Shown: piece after piece, positions 11,461-26,030 of the stretch
How the letters are laid out: each line of letters begins with the position of its first letter
Numbering within the stretch: position 1 is the stretch's first letter
Assembly (NCBI RefSeq): GCF_009914755.1
Contig: NC_060946.1
Strand: one strand, 5' to 3'
From: the human T2T-CHM13v2.0 reference genome, Homo sapiens
DNA length: 64,000 nucleotides
Translations under genes and position numbers: made by a program
Notes under the pieces: generated by a model
Told to the model about the DNA's origin: nothing
The model's database searches: none
Seen by the model: the letters and a program-made list of their open reading frames with translations, nothing else

Positions 11461-14059
11461 GATCTATCATTCATTTTTAGTTTCTGTATAAAGTGTGAGA
11501 CTTAGGTTAAGGTTCAATTTTTGCCTATGGAGATCCAGTTATTCCAACATCATTTTTGTAAAAGACCATTATTTCTCTACTAAATTGTGTTTGCTTGTTG
11601 GCAAAAATAAATTTGCTTTTGTACTTGTATGGGCTTATGTGTGGACCCTCTGTTCTATTTTATTGATGTGTGAGCATATCTCTTTGTCATACCATCCTGT
11701 CTTGATTACTATAGCTATATAGTAAGTTTATAAATCCTGTAGTGTGATTCATCCGCTTTATTTTTTTTAGTCAAAATTGTTTTCCCTAGTCTAGTTCTTT
11801 TTCTTTTCAATATAAATTTCCGAATCAGCTTATCTGTATCTCAGAAAAAAATCTGCTAGGGGTTTTGAGAGGCGGTGCATTAAACCTGTAGATATTTCAG
11901 GACAATTGATATCTTTACTATGCTTAGTCTTCCCAAACATTAGGCACAGTATGCTTCTCCATTTATTTTGGTCCTCTTTGATTTCTTTGAAGAGGAGCAT
12001 TATGTAGTTTTTAGCATACATTTCCTCTATAGGTTTCATTAGACGTTTATGTAAGAATTCAATTTTTAGAGCTATAATTTATAGTATTGTTTTTTAAATT
12101 TATATTTCCAATTGTTCACTGATAGTATATAAAAATATGATTCATTTGTGTGTGTGTGTTGACCTTGTATCCTGTGACCTTGCCTAACTCACTGAGTACT
12201 AAGAGTTTCCTTTGTAAATCCCTTGAAATTTTAATATAGACAATTATGCCATCTGCAAATAGGAACAATTTTATTTCGTTTATTCTCAGTTGGATGTCTT
12301 GTATTTCTTTTAATTTCTTTATTCCATTGGTTTCTAGTGCTATGTCAAATAGCAGTGAAAGACATCCTTACCTTTTTCCTGCTCTTAACAAAATGGAATT
12401 CAGTCTTTCACTGTTAATGGTATGATACTAGCTATTGTCTTTTTGTTGTTGTTGATACTCTATCAGATTGAGGAAGTTCAAGCTATTCTTAGTTTGATGA
12501 GAGGTTTTATTGTGAGCAGGAGCTGAATTTTTTTGAATGGCTTTGTCCATTCATTGAGACAACTATGAGACTTTTCTTCTTTAATCTGCTAATATGATTG
12601 ATTTTTGCACACTGAAACAGCCTTGCATTCTTGCAATAAAATCTGCTTGGTTGTGGTATATTATTCTGTTTATATATTGTTGAATTTCTTTTGCTAATAT
12701 TGTATTATGGATATTTGCATCTAGTTCATGAGGAATATTGGTTTGTAGTTTTCTTCCTTTGCATTATCTTTGTCTGATTTTAGTATTGGGCAATGTTGGC
12801 CTCAAAAAAAAAAAAAAGTTGTGAAGTGTTCCCTTATCTATTTTCTGGAAGTGATTGTATAGAATTGTGTTTATTTTTTCTTCAAATGTTTGATAAAAGT
12901 TGCCAGTGCAATCATCTTGGCCTGGAGAATTCTCTTTTTGGAAGATTTCTAACTTCAATTTATTTAATGACCCTGTAGGCATTTATGCATTCCTAGCTCT
13001 GCCAGCTCATGTCTCTCCAGGCCTCATAATTTCCCTTTCAATGCCAATCCTTGCCTGAAGAGCAAGCTTTCCTTTAGGAACATACCAGCCCACTATTGTC
13101 TACATCAGCTGAGAATTCTCCATCAGCTACAGTGACATTTTGATTGAGCCCAGTGGCATGCTGGCTGGTGCTGGCTGGTGCTGACCAAAACTGCACCTCT
13201 TCTCTGGCACAGGCAGTGCTTCAAAGAATGTTTCCACTCCTTGCCTCATGACATGTGGGAAAAGAGTGCCTACTGGCCCGAGCATTGTGCTGGCCATAAG
13301 ATTCCCACTGTTCCCAAAACGCTAGCTCACATTGGATCACACCAGCTGAGAGGTCTTTTCAGTTCTAATCATAAGTTGACTTCTCACCTATTTTTACTGA
13401 GTATAACATTTTTTGGATTTTTTATTTTTATTATATTTAAATTTTTTAATGGTTAAATTTTAAATTTTTGTGGCTACATAATAGGTGTATATATTTATGG
13501 GGTACATGAGATATTTTGGTATACATGTGCAATGCATGATAATCGCAGCATAGAAAATTTAATAATTTCTTGGTTATCAAAGGATCTGGTTTCTTTTTAT
13601 TTTGCAGTACTTTGAATTTGTCACTTTATTTTCACCATATAAATATGGCTTTCATATTACACATATGTTAGTTCTTTAGATTATGTCCCGCATATAGTTT
13701 GTGCTCTATTTTGTTGTTTTTTATTTTGTTATTATTTTTTATCTCTGCTTCAATTTAGTTGTTTTCCATTTTCCTGATGGTAAGTCCACTAGTTTGTCTT
13801 CTGCTGTGTTTACTTTGCTATATTCTAAGAGTCTTTTATTTTCCAGTGCTAGATTATCAGCTTGGTTTTTACTCTGATTATAATTCTCTGTTCAAATATT
13901 TCAATTTCATCAACTTTGTCCAGCAGTTTTCCTATTTTATTTTCCATATTTATCACAATTAATTGGAATTCCTTGTCTGCTACCTTAAACTCTGGATCAT
14001 CTCTTGGTCTATCTTCATTGACTTTTAAATTTTTTCATTTATTTTTTATTTTATGTTTT

Positions 14060-14190
14060 ATTTAAATTTTTTTAGGCATGAAGTTTCATTATGTTGCCCA
14101 GGCTGCACTTAAACTCCTGGGCTCAAGTGATCCTCCCACCTCAGGCTCCTGAATAGCTGAAATTACAGACACGTGCCACAGCACCAAGCT
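14060..14190 (-). mobile_element. FLAM/Alu monomer
   Basis: ATGTTGCCCAGGCTG..AACTCCTGGGCTCAAGTGATCCTCCCACCTCAG. Confidence 0.8.
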
Positions 14191-15087
14191 TTCACTGACT
14201 TTTTATTTCTTGATTATCAATAACTTTTTCCTGTTTCTTTGAATATCTGTTCATCTTTTTACTGTATGTTCAATATTGTAGGTGACAGGCTGTGAGTGAT
14301 ATGGATTATATTTCTGAAGAGTTTATATTTGTTTGGACAGTAGTTAAATTATCAATGAATTATATCCATCATTTCAAACCTTTCTTAAGGTTTGTTGTGG
14401 GTGAGTTGAAATTTCCCGTCTTCATGGAATATCTTTTCTACCTGCAGCATAGTACTTACTCATGGTGGGGTGTGGGGAGTGTCTTTCTGTAACTTAAATT
14501 AAGGTCTCTCCATTTTCTCAGACACATTTACTTAACACTCTGTGATTCCTGAAATTTCTCTTTAGTTTGCATTATCTTACCAACAATTCTCTGTAGCCCA
14601 CTATATCCTTGAGCTTTATTTGCATAGTTTATAAGTGAATTAGGAACTTCAGGTGAATATTTGCAGATATTTGGGTTTCTCTCTCTGTGACTTCCTACTC
14701 TTTGATACTTGCCCTTCAAATCCCAGGGGACTGGCGGTCCCAAATTTTAATCTCTGTTTCAAAAAACCAGTGAAACCATCATTCTCTAAGTTTGGTTGTA
14801 TTACACCAGGATGTTGTTTAGGAAATTCTCATAAGCAGAAATCTGGGACCAATGTGGGGTTCACTTCTTATCCTCTTCTGCCAAGGTCATATTCCTCTAT
14901 TGGTTGCTACCCAGTGCCTACAAAATGTCGCTTAATGTATTTTGTTTATCTGTTATAATTGTTTATGACAGAAGGTTAAATCCAATGCTAGCTAATCTCT
15001 AATGGCCAGACTTTGGACTTCTTGTTATATGGAAAAAAAAAAAAAAGTAAACTCCTCTTTTATTAAGCTACTGAAGTCAGGTTTACA

Positions 15088-15402
15088 TTTTTGTTTTTGT
15101 TTTGTTGTTGTTATTGTTTTTGAGACAGAGTCTCACTCTGTTGCCCAGGTTGGAGTGCAGTGGCATGAACTCAGCTCACTGAAACCTTTACCTTCCAGGT
15201 TCAGGCGATTCTCCTGCCTCAGCCTCCCAAGTACCTGAGATTACAGGTGCCTGCCATCATGCCTGGCTAATTTTTGTATTTTTGTAGACATAGGGTTTCA
15301 CAATATTGGCCAGGCTGGTCTCGAACTCCTGACCTAAGGTGATCTACTTGCTGCAGCCTCCTAAAGTGTTAGGATTACAGGTGTGAGCCACTGCACCCAG
15401 CC
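15088..15402 (-). mobile_element. AluS
   Basis: Full antisense Alu with a (TTG)n tail. Confidence 0.93.
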
Positions 15403-15642
15403 AGGTTTATGTTTAATACAGGCAGAAACAACCTTATATTTTCTTCTGTGACTACGCTTTCTCTGAGATCCATTATCTTTTTCACTTCTATAATTCCTCA
15501 TCACTCTTTCTTCCTTTCCTTCTTCTATTTAAGAATCATAATAAGTTAGTCTTTTTTTTTCTTGGGTTAAATGGAAAATATTTATTTATAAAGATGGATA
15601 AGACTAGGCCTCATAGATAGACATATATGTAAGATACAGATT

Positions 15643-17985
15643 TGATATGGTTTGGCTGTGTCTCCACCAAAATCTCATCTTGAATTGTAACTGCCACAGT
15701 TCCCATGTGTCATGGGAGGAACCCAGTGGGAGGTAATTGAATCATGGTGGCAGGTCTTTCCCATGCTGTTCTTGTGATGGTGAATACGTCTCATGAGATC
15801 CGATGGTTTTAAAAATGGGAGTTTCCCTGCACAAGCTTCTTCTCTTGTCTGCTGCCATGTGAGATGTGCCTTTCACCTTCCACCATGATTGTGAGGCCTC
15901 CCCAGCCACGTGGAACTGTAAGTCCAATAAACCTCTTTCTTTTGTAAATGGCCCAGTCTAGGTATGTCTTTGTCAGCAGTGGTACCAATTTACTGTATCA
16001 GAAAATGGACTAATACAGTAAATTAGTACCAAGAGTGGGGTGCTGCTGAAAAGATACCCAAAAATGTGGACTTTGGAACATTTTTACAGGTAGAGGTACC
16101 TGTTACATTTTAACAGGTAGAGGTTGGAACACTTTGGAGGGCTCAGAAGAAGAGAGGAAAATGTGGGAAAGTCTGGAACTCCCTAGAGACTTGGTAAATG
16201 GCTTGACCAAAATGCTGATAATGATATGGACAATGAAATCCAGGCTGAGGTGGTCTCAGATGGAGATGAGGAACTTGTTGGGAATTGGAGCAAAAATGAC
16301 TCTTGTTACATTTTAGCACAGAGACTGGTGGCATTTTGCCCCTTTCCTAGAGATCTGTGGAACTTTGAACTTGAGAGAGATGATCTAGGGTTTCTGGTGG
16401 AAGAAATTTCTAAGCATCAAGGCATTCAAGAGGTGACTTGGTTGCTGTTAAAGGCATTCCGTTTTAAAAGGGAAACAGAGCATAAAAGTTTGGAAAATTT
16501 TCAACCTGACAATGCGATAGAAAATAAAAACCCATTTTCTGAGGAGAAATTCAAGGAGGCTGCAGAAATTTGCATAAGTAATGAGAAGCCAAATGTTAAT
16601 CACCAAGACAAAGGAGAAAATGTCTCCAGGGCATGTCAGAGACTTTTGAGGCAGACCCTCCCATCAAGGGCCAAAGGTTTAGGAGGGAAAAATGGTTTCA
16701 TGTGCCAGGCCCAGGGTCCCTTTGCTGTGTGCTGTCTAGGAACTTGGTGCCTTGCATCCCAGCCACTCCAGCTGTGACTAAAAGGGGCCAAGGTACAGCT
16801 CGGGCTGTTGCTTCAGAGGGTGGAAGCCCCAAGCCTTGCATCTTCCATGTAGTGTTGAGCCTGTGGGTGCACAGAAGTCAAAAAATGAAGTTTGGGAACC
16901 TCTGCCTAGATTTCAGAGGATGTATGGAAACGTCTGGATGCCCAGGCAGAAGTTTGCTGCAGGGGTGGGGTCCTCATGGAGAACCTCTGCTAGGGCAGTG
17001 TGGAAGGGACATGAGGGTCAGAGTCCCCACACAGAGTCCCTATTGGGGCACTGCCTAGTGGAGCTGTGAGAAGAGGGCCCAGCATCCTCCAGATCCCAGA
17101 ACGGTAGATCCACCAACAGCTTGCACTGTGCTTCTGGAAAAACCACAGACACTCAACACCAGCCCATGAAAGCAGCTGGCGGGGCAGAATGGGGAAAGGG
17201 GGCTATACCCTGCAAAGCCATAGAGGCAGAGCTGCCCAAGGCTGTGGGAGCCCACCTCTTACATTAATGTTATCTGGATGTGAGACATGGAGTCAAAGGA
17301 GATTATTTTTGAGCTTTAAGGTTTGACTGCTCCACTGGATTTCTGACTTGCTTGGTGCCTGTATCACCTTTGTTTTGGACAATTTCTCCCATTTGGAATG
17401 GTTGTATTTACCCAATGCCTGTAACCCCATTGTATCTAGGAGGTAACTATCTTGCTTTTGATTTTAAAGACTTTTAGGTGGAAGGGACTTGCCTTGTCTT
17501 TGATGTGACTTTGGGCTGTGGACTTTTAAGTTAATGCTGAAATGAGTTAAGACTTTGGGGAAATATTGGGAAGGCATGATTGGTTTTGAAATGTGGGGAC
17601 ATGAGATTTGGTGGGGGCAGGGGTAGAATGATATGGTTTGGCTGTGTCCCCACCAAAATTTCATCTTGAATTGTAACTCCCACAATTCCAATGTGTTGTG
17701 GGAGGAACCCAGTGGGAGGTAATTGAATCATGGTGGCAGGTCTTTCTTGTGCTGTTATCATGATATCAAATAAGTCTTACGAGATCTGATGGTTTTAAAA
17801 ATGGGAGTCTCCCTGCACGAGCACCCTTCTCTTGTCTGCCACCATGTGAGACACGCCTTTCACCTTCTGCCGTGATTGTGAGGCCTCTACAGCCACATGG
17901 AACTGTAAGTCCAATAAACCTTTCTTTTGCAAATTGCCCAGTCTCAAGTATGTCTTTATCAGCAGGATGAAAATGGACTAATATC
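15643..17985 (+). mobile_element. Full THE1 element (LTR 15643-16017, internal region, LTR 17629-17985)
   Basis: Two similar LTRs (TGATATGGTTTGGCTGTGT...GGACTAATA) flanking THE1-int; ORF remnant at 16226-16777. Confidence 0.95.
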
Positions 17986-18149
17986 ATAGTTAATAAAGAC
18001 TGGCCTTTTGTAGTATTTCAAAAGAAGGATAATTCATCAAGTGAGCTCAGAGTCCGAAGTGAGTGAATAATCATTATGAAGTAAGTAAGATAACTTGATG
18101 ACTTTCATGTATAAAAAGCTGAGAGATTAACCTTCTGGTCCTTTTTAAG

Positions 18150-18620
18150 TTGATACTTTTTTCAGCCACTCTACCTATTAACCCATGTGAGCTTTCAAAA
18201 ATGGAAATCTGGTCATGGTATCCCATGCTTAAAAACTCTTTAATGTTTTCCCACTTTTTTAAGGATAAAGACCAATTTCTTTGCATGGCTTACAATGTTG
18301 CACATGGCCTGGCCCCTCCCCACTTCCCATTTGCATCTCAGTCCCTTCCTTGTATTATTTACAGCTCTAACTAAACTGCCTGTTAGTCCTCAGTAACATG
18401 CTTGTACCAACAGAGAACCACTGCTCATTGTCTTACCTCTGCATAAAACTCATTTTCCTCCTACTTATCCATACTTCCATACCACTATCAACAATGTTGA
18501 TGAGTAAAAATACTCATGAAGGATGATCGAACTGACTTGTACAAATCCTCCTTTTTTTGTATTATTGAAACATCATGATACCCTTCTTTTAGTACTCATC
18601 GTAGCTTTAATTTTACAAAG
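18150..18620 (+). mobile_element. L2 fragment
   Basis: TCTGGTCATGGTATCCCATGCTTAAAAACTCTTTAATG..ATGGCTTACAA..ATGGCCTGGCCCCT. Confidence 0.6.
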
Positions 18621-18639
18621 AGAAAATCTGATAGCAATC

Positions 18640-19230
18640 AGATAAAAATAATACATTACTTTTCAAGAAAAACTAGCTTTCACAGAAGAAATTACGAAAT
18701 TCAGAAGACAAAGGAGTTACATCTTTAGAGTGATGAAAGGAAATGACTGCCAACCTAGATTTGTAGACCCAGTAAAAATAATCTTGAAAAGTCAAGGTGA
18801 AGAAGGAAGCTCAGATTTACATGAATAAATGAAGAATACCAAAAATAGTAAATTTGCAGAACAATGCAAAATATATTCTTCATTTAATCACTTTAAAATA
18901 TAATTATTGAAAATAAGAAAAATAACAGTGTATTATATATTTAAAATATATGAGTGTGTAAAACATGTCAAAAATATTACAAAGAATGAGAGAAGGGAAA
19001 TGAAATTATACTACATTGAAGTTCTTATCCACTAAGTGATGTGGTATAATATTATTTGTAATTATACTGTGCTGAGTTGAAAATGTATATTCTATACATT
19101 GCAACAGCATTCTAAAATAATAAAACAAAATGGTGTAGATAACAAACCAATAGTGGAGATAAATTTAAATCTTTTGAAACAACTGCTCAATTATTGCAAA
19201 AGAAGGCAGTAAGAGAAAAATAAATGAACG
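18640..19230 (+). mobile_element. Old L1 (L1ME-like) fragment
   Basis: CATCTTTAGAGTGATGAAAGGAAA..CTGCCAACCTAGATTT (ORF1-like), A-rich. Confidence 0.55.
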
Positions 19231-19456
19231 ACTAACAAATAGAGCCTATGTTTGAACATCAATTGACACAACTTCACTCTAGTTAGAAACCAACTTAGGT
19301 TGTTGGCCTCAGACATGAACAAAAAAATAAATATTAAGAACAATTGATATATTATAACATCTTCCCTCTAGCTTTGAAAGAAAGGCAGGTGAGAGAAGAA
19401 TGAAATGACCAGAAGCATATTTATTATAATACAAAAACTTCCATCTGAATATCAGG

Positions 19457-19499
19457 ATATTCAGAATATAAGGAAGAGGCCTCTCCATGGGAATTGTAG
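19457..19499 (+). pseudogene. HP-like pseudogene copy B, leader exon 1 remnant (IFRI*GRGLSMGIV-G|)
   Basis: 43 nt, codon-aligned to copy A exon 1 (GGA AGA GGC CTC TCC ATG GGA ATT GTA G|GTAACT). The first ATG position reads ATA and there is an in-frame TAA. About 200 bp upstream and downstream align by eye with copy A flanks. Confidence 0.75.
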
Positions 19500-20445
19500 G
19501 TAACTGTAATCACTGTTAACTGATAAAGAATTGAGCCCCACATGTTGATACAAGTAACTATCCAAAGTAATGTCTTCTGCTATCACTTGCAATTTATTTT
19601 ATCATCAAAACTATCCTGAGATACAATTTTCCCGTAACACTGGACAAAGGGATAAATTCCATCTTAGTTCTTCAATCAGATATGGCAGATAGAATAGGGT
19701 GGAATTAGAAGTTAAATGTAGATAAAACCTTAGGTTGTCAATAGGTAATGAATTATATTGCATCAAATTAGTCCAGGGAAACTGTGACATTCAAAAAGCA
19801 GAAGGTTAAATAATGCAAAATGTTTATACATTTGACTATAGAATGTATATTTTTTATCAGTAGTCTGATATATAACCTAATATTAATATTCTCATCCCTA
19901 TAATCAAATATATCAACACTTGCAGATTCTCTGGGCCCTCTTTGTCCTCATCCCTGTTTCAAACCCTCATTTCTTCTCTCTGCCCATCTGGGTGTGGCTG
20001 TGTCTTCCTGTCACTTCCCCTTTCTGATTCCATCATTCTCTTCTATCTTGGCCTTTTCTCCACATTCTCTAATTGTCTGACAGTTCTCTGACTTATTTCA
20101 CTATTTAACTAATTATAACATAAAATCAAAATCTAACACATAATATTTGTTGTATATACTAATTTCAATTTGAAGTTCTCAGTCTTTGACAAAAGCAAAA
20201 TATCTGTACACTTTTCATTCACATATATATTCATTTATTATCTGTTGTCACTCTCTCTTCCTCCTGCTCACCTTTTTCTGTGGAGTATTTAAGGTCCCTA
20301 GTGTGCAATCATAAAATAAATTTAAAACATTTTACCAGATAAAAATTAGGAATGAAAAAAATTAAAAGACAACACAAATACTCATTGATAGACTGATAGG
20401 TTTAAATGTAGTTACTCTGCCTCTTGGTACCTAGATCAATTTAAA

Positions 20446-20748
20446 ATTTTTTTTTTTTTTTTTGGAGATGGAGTCTTTCTCTGTCACCCAGGCTGGAGCG
20501 CAGCGGCACAATCTCGGCTCACTGCAAGCTCCGCCTCCCAGGTTCACGCCATTCTCCTGCCTCAGCCTCCTGAGTAGCTGGGACTACAGGCACCCGCCAC
20601 CACGCCTGGCTAATTTTTTGTATTTTTTTTAGTAGAGACGGGGTTTCACCGTGTTAGCCAGGATGACCTTGATCTCCTGACCTTATGATCCACCCGCCTC
20701 AGCCTCCCAAAGTGCTGGGATTACAGGTGTGAGCCACCATGCCTGGCA
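20446..20748 (-). mobile_element. AluY
   Basis: Full antisense Alu with GCAAGCTCCGCCTCCCAGGTTCACGCCATTCTCC. Confidence 0.95.
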
Positions 20749-21828
20749 ATCAATTTTAAATTTTACCTGAAAATTTGGATCTGAAACTATTAGTGGTAAA
20801 AAAAAAAAAAACACTCAAATCAAAAAGAGAAACAAAATAACTTATGCACTTAGCATTTGCATAAAAGAAAGATATATCAATTACTTGAGGGACTTGAACT
20901 TATACAGAGGGAAATCTTTCCCATAAGTTTTCACATAGGGGACACAAAGTAGCATAATCAACTTCAATAAAAGCCTACAGAACATTCAGTGTTAAGCTTT
21001 ACATTACAGTTGTAGTGTCCTTAAAATATATGACAAGTTCAATGTTCTAAATGCTGAGCAAATCAATTGATATCTCTCTTGGTTTTAGTGGGAACCTATT
21101 TGAATTACATTTTTTGTTTGGACTTTGTGTGTGTATGTGTATGTTGAGGACAGTTGGAAGGAGGAAGAGTTAATGAGTCTGTGTATCTGCATTCAGAAGC
21201 TGACCCTTCCATATTGTTGAATGAGAGAAAAAATCAGCTAGGAGTTTCATACTTGGCTCCTCCATTACTTAGCTGACTTTGGGGGAGTCCAACCACTCTA
21301 CCTTGCTGGCTTTCTATTTCCCGTTCTCTACAATGTAGAATACAATACGATTCTCTTCTTCACTTCACAAATTTGTCATGAAAATGGGATTAGAGACATG
21401 AAGCAGACATGTCTGGAGACTCTATGCAATTTTTATATCCACCTTAAAATTACTGTGACAGATGCTCTGTGTTGTCATGTGAGTGATTATTAACACTTTT
21501 AGTGGCAGTCCTCTCCTGTTCAGAAATCAGCACAGTGCATGCATAGGAGATGGGAGGTTGCGTGGAGGCAGTAATGTGCATATAGGAAACACACCCTATG
21601 TTCCAGACATAGTGATAGACCCTTTTCATACAGCATTTGCTTTAAGCTTCACAGCTGGCTGACAAGGAGTGTAGCATTTATTGCACTTCTCTAGATCTCA
21701 GGCTGAGTGAAGGGAAGTTGGCCTGGGCCAGATCTCCCAGGATGAAAGTAGCAGAGTGAAGATTTGAATTTCCCTTTCTCTGTCTGACATTGGAAAACAT
21801 GTTTTAAAAGTGAGTGTGGTTTTTCCTC

Positions 21829-23399
21829 TGTATTAGTCCATTCTCATGCTGCTATAAAGAACTGCCTGAGACTGAGTAATTTATAAAGAGGTTCAACTGA
21901 CTCACAGTTTAGCATGGCTGGGGAGGTCTGAGGAAACTTACAATCATGGAAGGCACCTCTTCACAGGGTGGCAGGAGAGAGAAATGCCGAGCAAGTGGGG
22001 AAAAGCCCGTTATAAAACCATCAGATCTTGTGAGAACTCACTCACTACCATGAGAACAGCATGGGGGTAACTGCCTCCATGATTCAATTACCTCCCACCA
22101 GGTCCCTCCCACGACCCATGGGGATGATGGGAACTAGAATTCAAGATGAGATTTGGGTGGGGATACAGAGCCAAGCCATATCATTCTGCCCCCGGCCCCT
22201 CCCAAATCTCATGTCTTCACATTTCAAAACACAATCATGCCTTCCCAACAGTCCCCCAAAGTCTTAGCTCATTCCAGCATTAACCCAATAAAAGTCCAAG
22301 TCCAAAGTCTCATCTGAGACAAGGCAAGTTCCTTCCACCGATGAACTTGTAAAATCAAAAGCAAGTTAGTTACTTCCTAGATACAATAGGGGTACAAGAA
22401 TTGGGTAAATACATCTGCTCCAAATAGGAGAAACTGGCCAAAACAAAAGGGTTACAGGCCCTATTGCAAGTCCAAAATCCAATAGGGCAGTCATGAGACC
22501 TTAAAGTTCCAAAATGATCTTCTTTGATTCCATGTCTTACATTGTGGTCATGCTGATGCAAGAGGTGGGCTCTCACAGCCTTGGGCAGCTGTGCCCCTAT
22601 GGCTTTGCATAATACAGCCCCCCTCCCAGCTGCTTTCATGGGCTGGCATTGAGTGTCTGTGACTTGGTCTAAATTGTTGGTGGACCAACCATTCTGGGGT
22701 CTAGAGGATGAGGATCTCTAGGGGAGGGACAAAATGCTTCCAGTCTGTTTGCTAAAGCATTTCAAGAACCACCTTTATTCCAGTTCCCAAGAAGTTCCTC
22801 ATCCCCATCTGAGACCACTTCTGCCTGGAATTCATTGTCCATATCACTATCAGCCTTTTGGTCAAAACCATTCAACAAGTCTCTAGGAAGTTCCAAATTT
22901 TCCCACATTTTTCTGTCTTCTGAGCCCTCCAAACTGTTCCAACCTCTGCCTGTTACCCAGTTCCAAAGTTGCTTCCACATTTTCAGGTATCTTTACAGTA
23001 GCACCCCACTCTCATTATAATGAGATAATACCAATTTACTGTATTAGTCCATTCTCACACTGCTATAAAGAACTGCCCGAGACTGCATGATTTATAAAGA
23101 AAAGAGGTTTAATTGACTCACAGTTCAGCATGGCAGGCAAGGCCTCAGGAAATTTACAATTATGGTGGAAGGCACCTCTTCACAGGGCAGCAGGAGAGAA
23201 AAGTGCTGAACAAAGGAGGAAAAGCCCCTTATCACACCATCAGATCTCATGAGAACTCAGTCACTATCACAGAACAGCACGGGGGTAACTGCCCCAGTGA
23301 TTCAATTACCTCCCACCAGGTCCCTCCCCTGACACGTGGGGATGATGGGAACTACAATTCAAGATGAGATCTGGGTGAGAACATAGCCAAACTATATCA
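21829..23399 (-). mobile_element. THE1D/MSTA element, two LTRs (21829-22183, 23040-23399), internally deleted, within intron 1 of copy B
   Basis: TGTATTAGTCCATTCTCA..TGCTATAAAGAACTGCC occurs twice; internal region only ~860 bp; flanks TCCTC/TCTTC. Confidence 0.92.
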
Positions 23400-25092
23400 T
23401 CTTCCCTATGACTTTTCTTTCTCTTTACTTAAAGTATCAGAAAAATCATAAATCAGGATCAACTTTGCTGGCAAGGAAGTTACTGATGGCTTGCTTATCT
23501 ACAGAAGAAAGAATGGCTGCCTGGAGGTTGGGGTGAAAATAGAGGATGTCTGTAAATTGGCACATGAAGCCTTTTCGGGGTGATGGAAATATTCTAAAAT
23601 TGAATTGTGGCAGTGGTTGCACAGCTCTAACAATTGACTGAAAATTACTGAATTATACACTTATGACAAAATGTTATGGCACACTAAGTACCTCTTAAAA
23701 CTTTCATAATAAGGAGATTGTCACCAATTAAAAGGTTAACACTTGGACGTGTATGCTTACAAAGTTCTTTCATTAGTGTTGGAGGTGGATTACAGTCCTC
23801 TGGGAAAATTTCCTTTAGTGTTTGCTCATGCCGGTACCCACAAATAGAGGTGTCTTCTCAGATTCTCTTCTCATGTCTATGTTGTAATTGCACTGCTTAA
23901 TCAATGTGAGTAAAGGGGTGTCTGTCATTCCATGAAAATCCAGCATTTGCATATATTCTCAAATATTATGAGTTTCTTTTAAGTCCAACACTGTACTAGA
24001 TGCATCATATAAATTATCACAGATCCTTAACACAGTCGTCTTGGGCAGCCCTCATTGTCCCCATGTCGCAGGTTGGAAAAGTGTGCTCAGAAGAACTAAG
24101 TAAATTGTTCAAGCTCTGATTCTTTTCGCTATTTACCAATTTGTCACTTGGGCCTTGAATATATTTTCTATAACTCTGTATTACATTTTAAAATGAAGTG
24201 TGGTATGCTTTTACTGATGTAGGAAAAAAACCAGTTTCCAACATTTCCAATGACCATCTTTGTGTTTCAATACTCCAGAATGAAGTGAAGGTCTTTGGCT
24301 CCAAAATAATTGAAAGCTACTCCACTGTTTGGCATGAACTTGTTCATTACAGGTACATTCACTTAACAGGCTCTCTTTCCACCCATGTAGAAATACAAAA
24401 ATAAGACTTAATACAGACGATGGCATGGGCTTAGTAACTACCCCTTTACCCTTAAACAGCTCATTGCCCCTTTACAGGGAAGGGCTAAGTACAGTGTACG
24501 GTTTTATCACATTCCAGTGTAAGAAATGCATCGTGAAAAGCAGATGGAGAGGTGATGCTGGAGAGAGAGTGCATAGCTCTCATGGAAAAAGTCTTGTAGG
24601 ATTTCTTAAACTGGTGATCTCTAGCTATTCTGTAAGAATAAAAAGAAATTTACGATGCAGATATGAGGGAAACATTTAGCAAGTGGTGAATAGTAAATGA
24701 AACTCCCAATTGGCTTGTTTTTGAGGAAATTCCATGCTTAATTGTGTGGGCTATCAGTGCCAAATCATAACAAAGATAGCACCACTTAATATATTTACTT
24801 AAAGAGTCAAAGGCTTGAGTGTCCTTGAGAAAACCTCTACGTCAGCAGAAGTTCAAGTTTCAGCAAACAATATTAACATCAAATACCAGGTAGCTATAGG
24901 TCGCCTTTCTCCCTGTTTGTGCCCCATTAAGAAGGGAGGTAGGAGGAGAGCATGGATATGACCAAACTCAAACTTATTTCTTGGGATTGTGAGTTTGCTG
25001 CCCCCTAACAGTGCTGGGAACATAATCCCTCACGAGGAGCAGAAACATCTTGCAGTTTATGTCCGTTTTTATCCATTGATCTCCTGCTGTCG

Positions 25093-25233
25093 ATGTCTGA
25101 CTTTTCGCTTTGTCTGTTTTATCAGTGGGAGCTGATGTCAACTCTTCAGAAATGTCAAGGTTCTGCAATTCTCATAGATTCCCAGGAGCTCGAAGTTCCC
25201 AAGTACGTCTTCCAGGGATGAGCGGCACTCCAG
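25093..25233 (+). pseudogene. HP-like pseudogene copy B, exon 2 (signal peptide + N-terminal Cys + start of collagen)
   Basis: Reads (D)V*LFALSVLSVGADVNSSEMSRFCNSHRFPGARSSQVRLPGMSGTP-G| with a phase-1 donor CAG|GTGAGA at 25233/4. Hydrophobic stretch with a probable Trp codon changed to TGA; acceptor degenerate (CG). Confidence 0.75.
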
Positions 25234-25305
25234 GTGAGAAAATAAAACATTCAGATGTTATTGGTTATTTCTTTTCTTGTTTTTCTTCTATTGAAATATC
25301 CATAA

Positions 25306-25740
<435 letters not shown>

Positions 25741-25757
25741 TAGGTCCTTAAAACATA

Positions 25758-26030
25758 TGCTGAGGAACAGAAAACCAAATACCGCACATTCTCATTTACA
25801 AGTGGGAGCTAAACACTGGGTACTCATGGACAAAAAGATGGCAACTATAGACAACAGGGACTACTAGAGGCAGGAGGAAGGGAGGGTGGAAAAACTAACT
25901 ATGGATACTATGCTCACTACCTGAGTGACGGGACCAATCGTATCCCAAACCTCAGCATCGTGCAATAAACCCATGTAACAAATCTGCATGTGTACCACTG
26001 AATCTAAAATAAAAGTTTAAATTATAAAAA
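25758..26030 (+). mobile_element. L1PA/L1PB 3' end
   Basis: GAACAGAAAACCAAATACCGCA..TTCTCA..AAGTGGGAGCTAAAC...AATCTAAAATAAAAG. Confidence 0.85.

Larger units (their letters stand above)
7605..14990 (-). mobile_element. Nested block of old antisense L1 (L1M) fragments hosting LTRs and Alus
   Basis: Repeated antisense L1 ORF2/3'UTR motifs (GATGGACATTTG, CCATCTGCAAATAG, TTTGCTAATATT; ORF 12764-12982 FYQTFEEKI). Confidence 0.75.

Noticed and set aside
16226-16777. 183-aa ORF (and similar ORFs at 22762-22980 and 31780-32337)
   Set aside because: These are MaLR (THE1/MST) internal ORF remnants, not host genes.
24555-24600. ATG CTG GAG AGA GAG TGC ATA GCT CTC ATG as exon 1 of copy B
   Set aside because: No GT donor and no flank homology. 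The segment at 19457-19499 fits far better.
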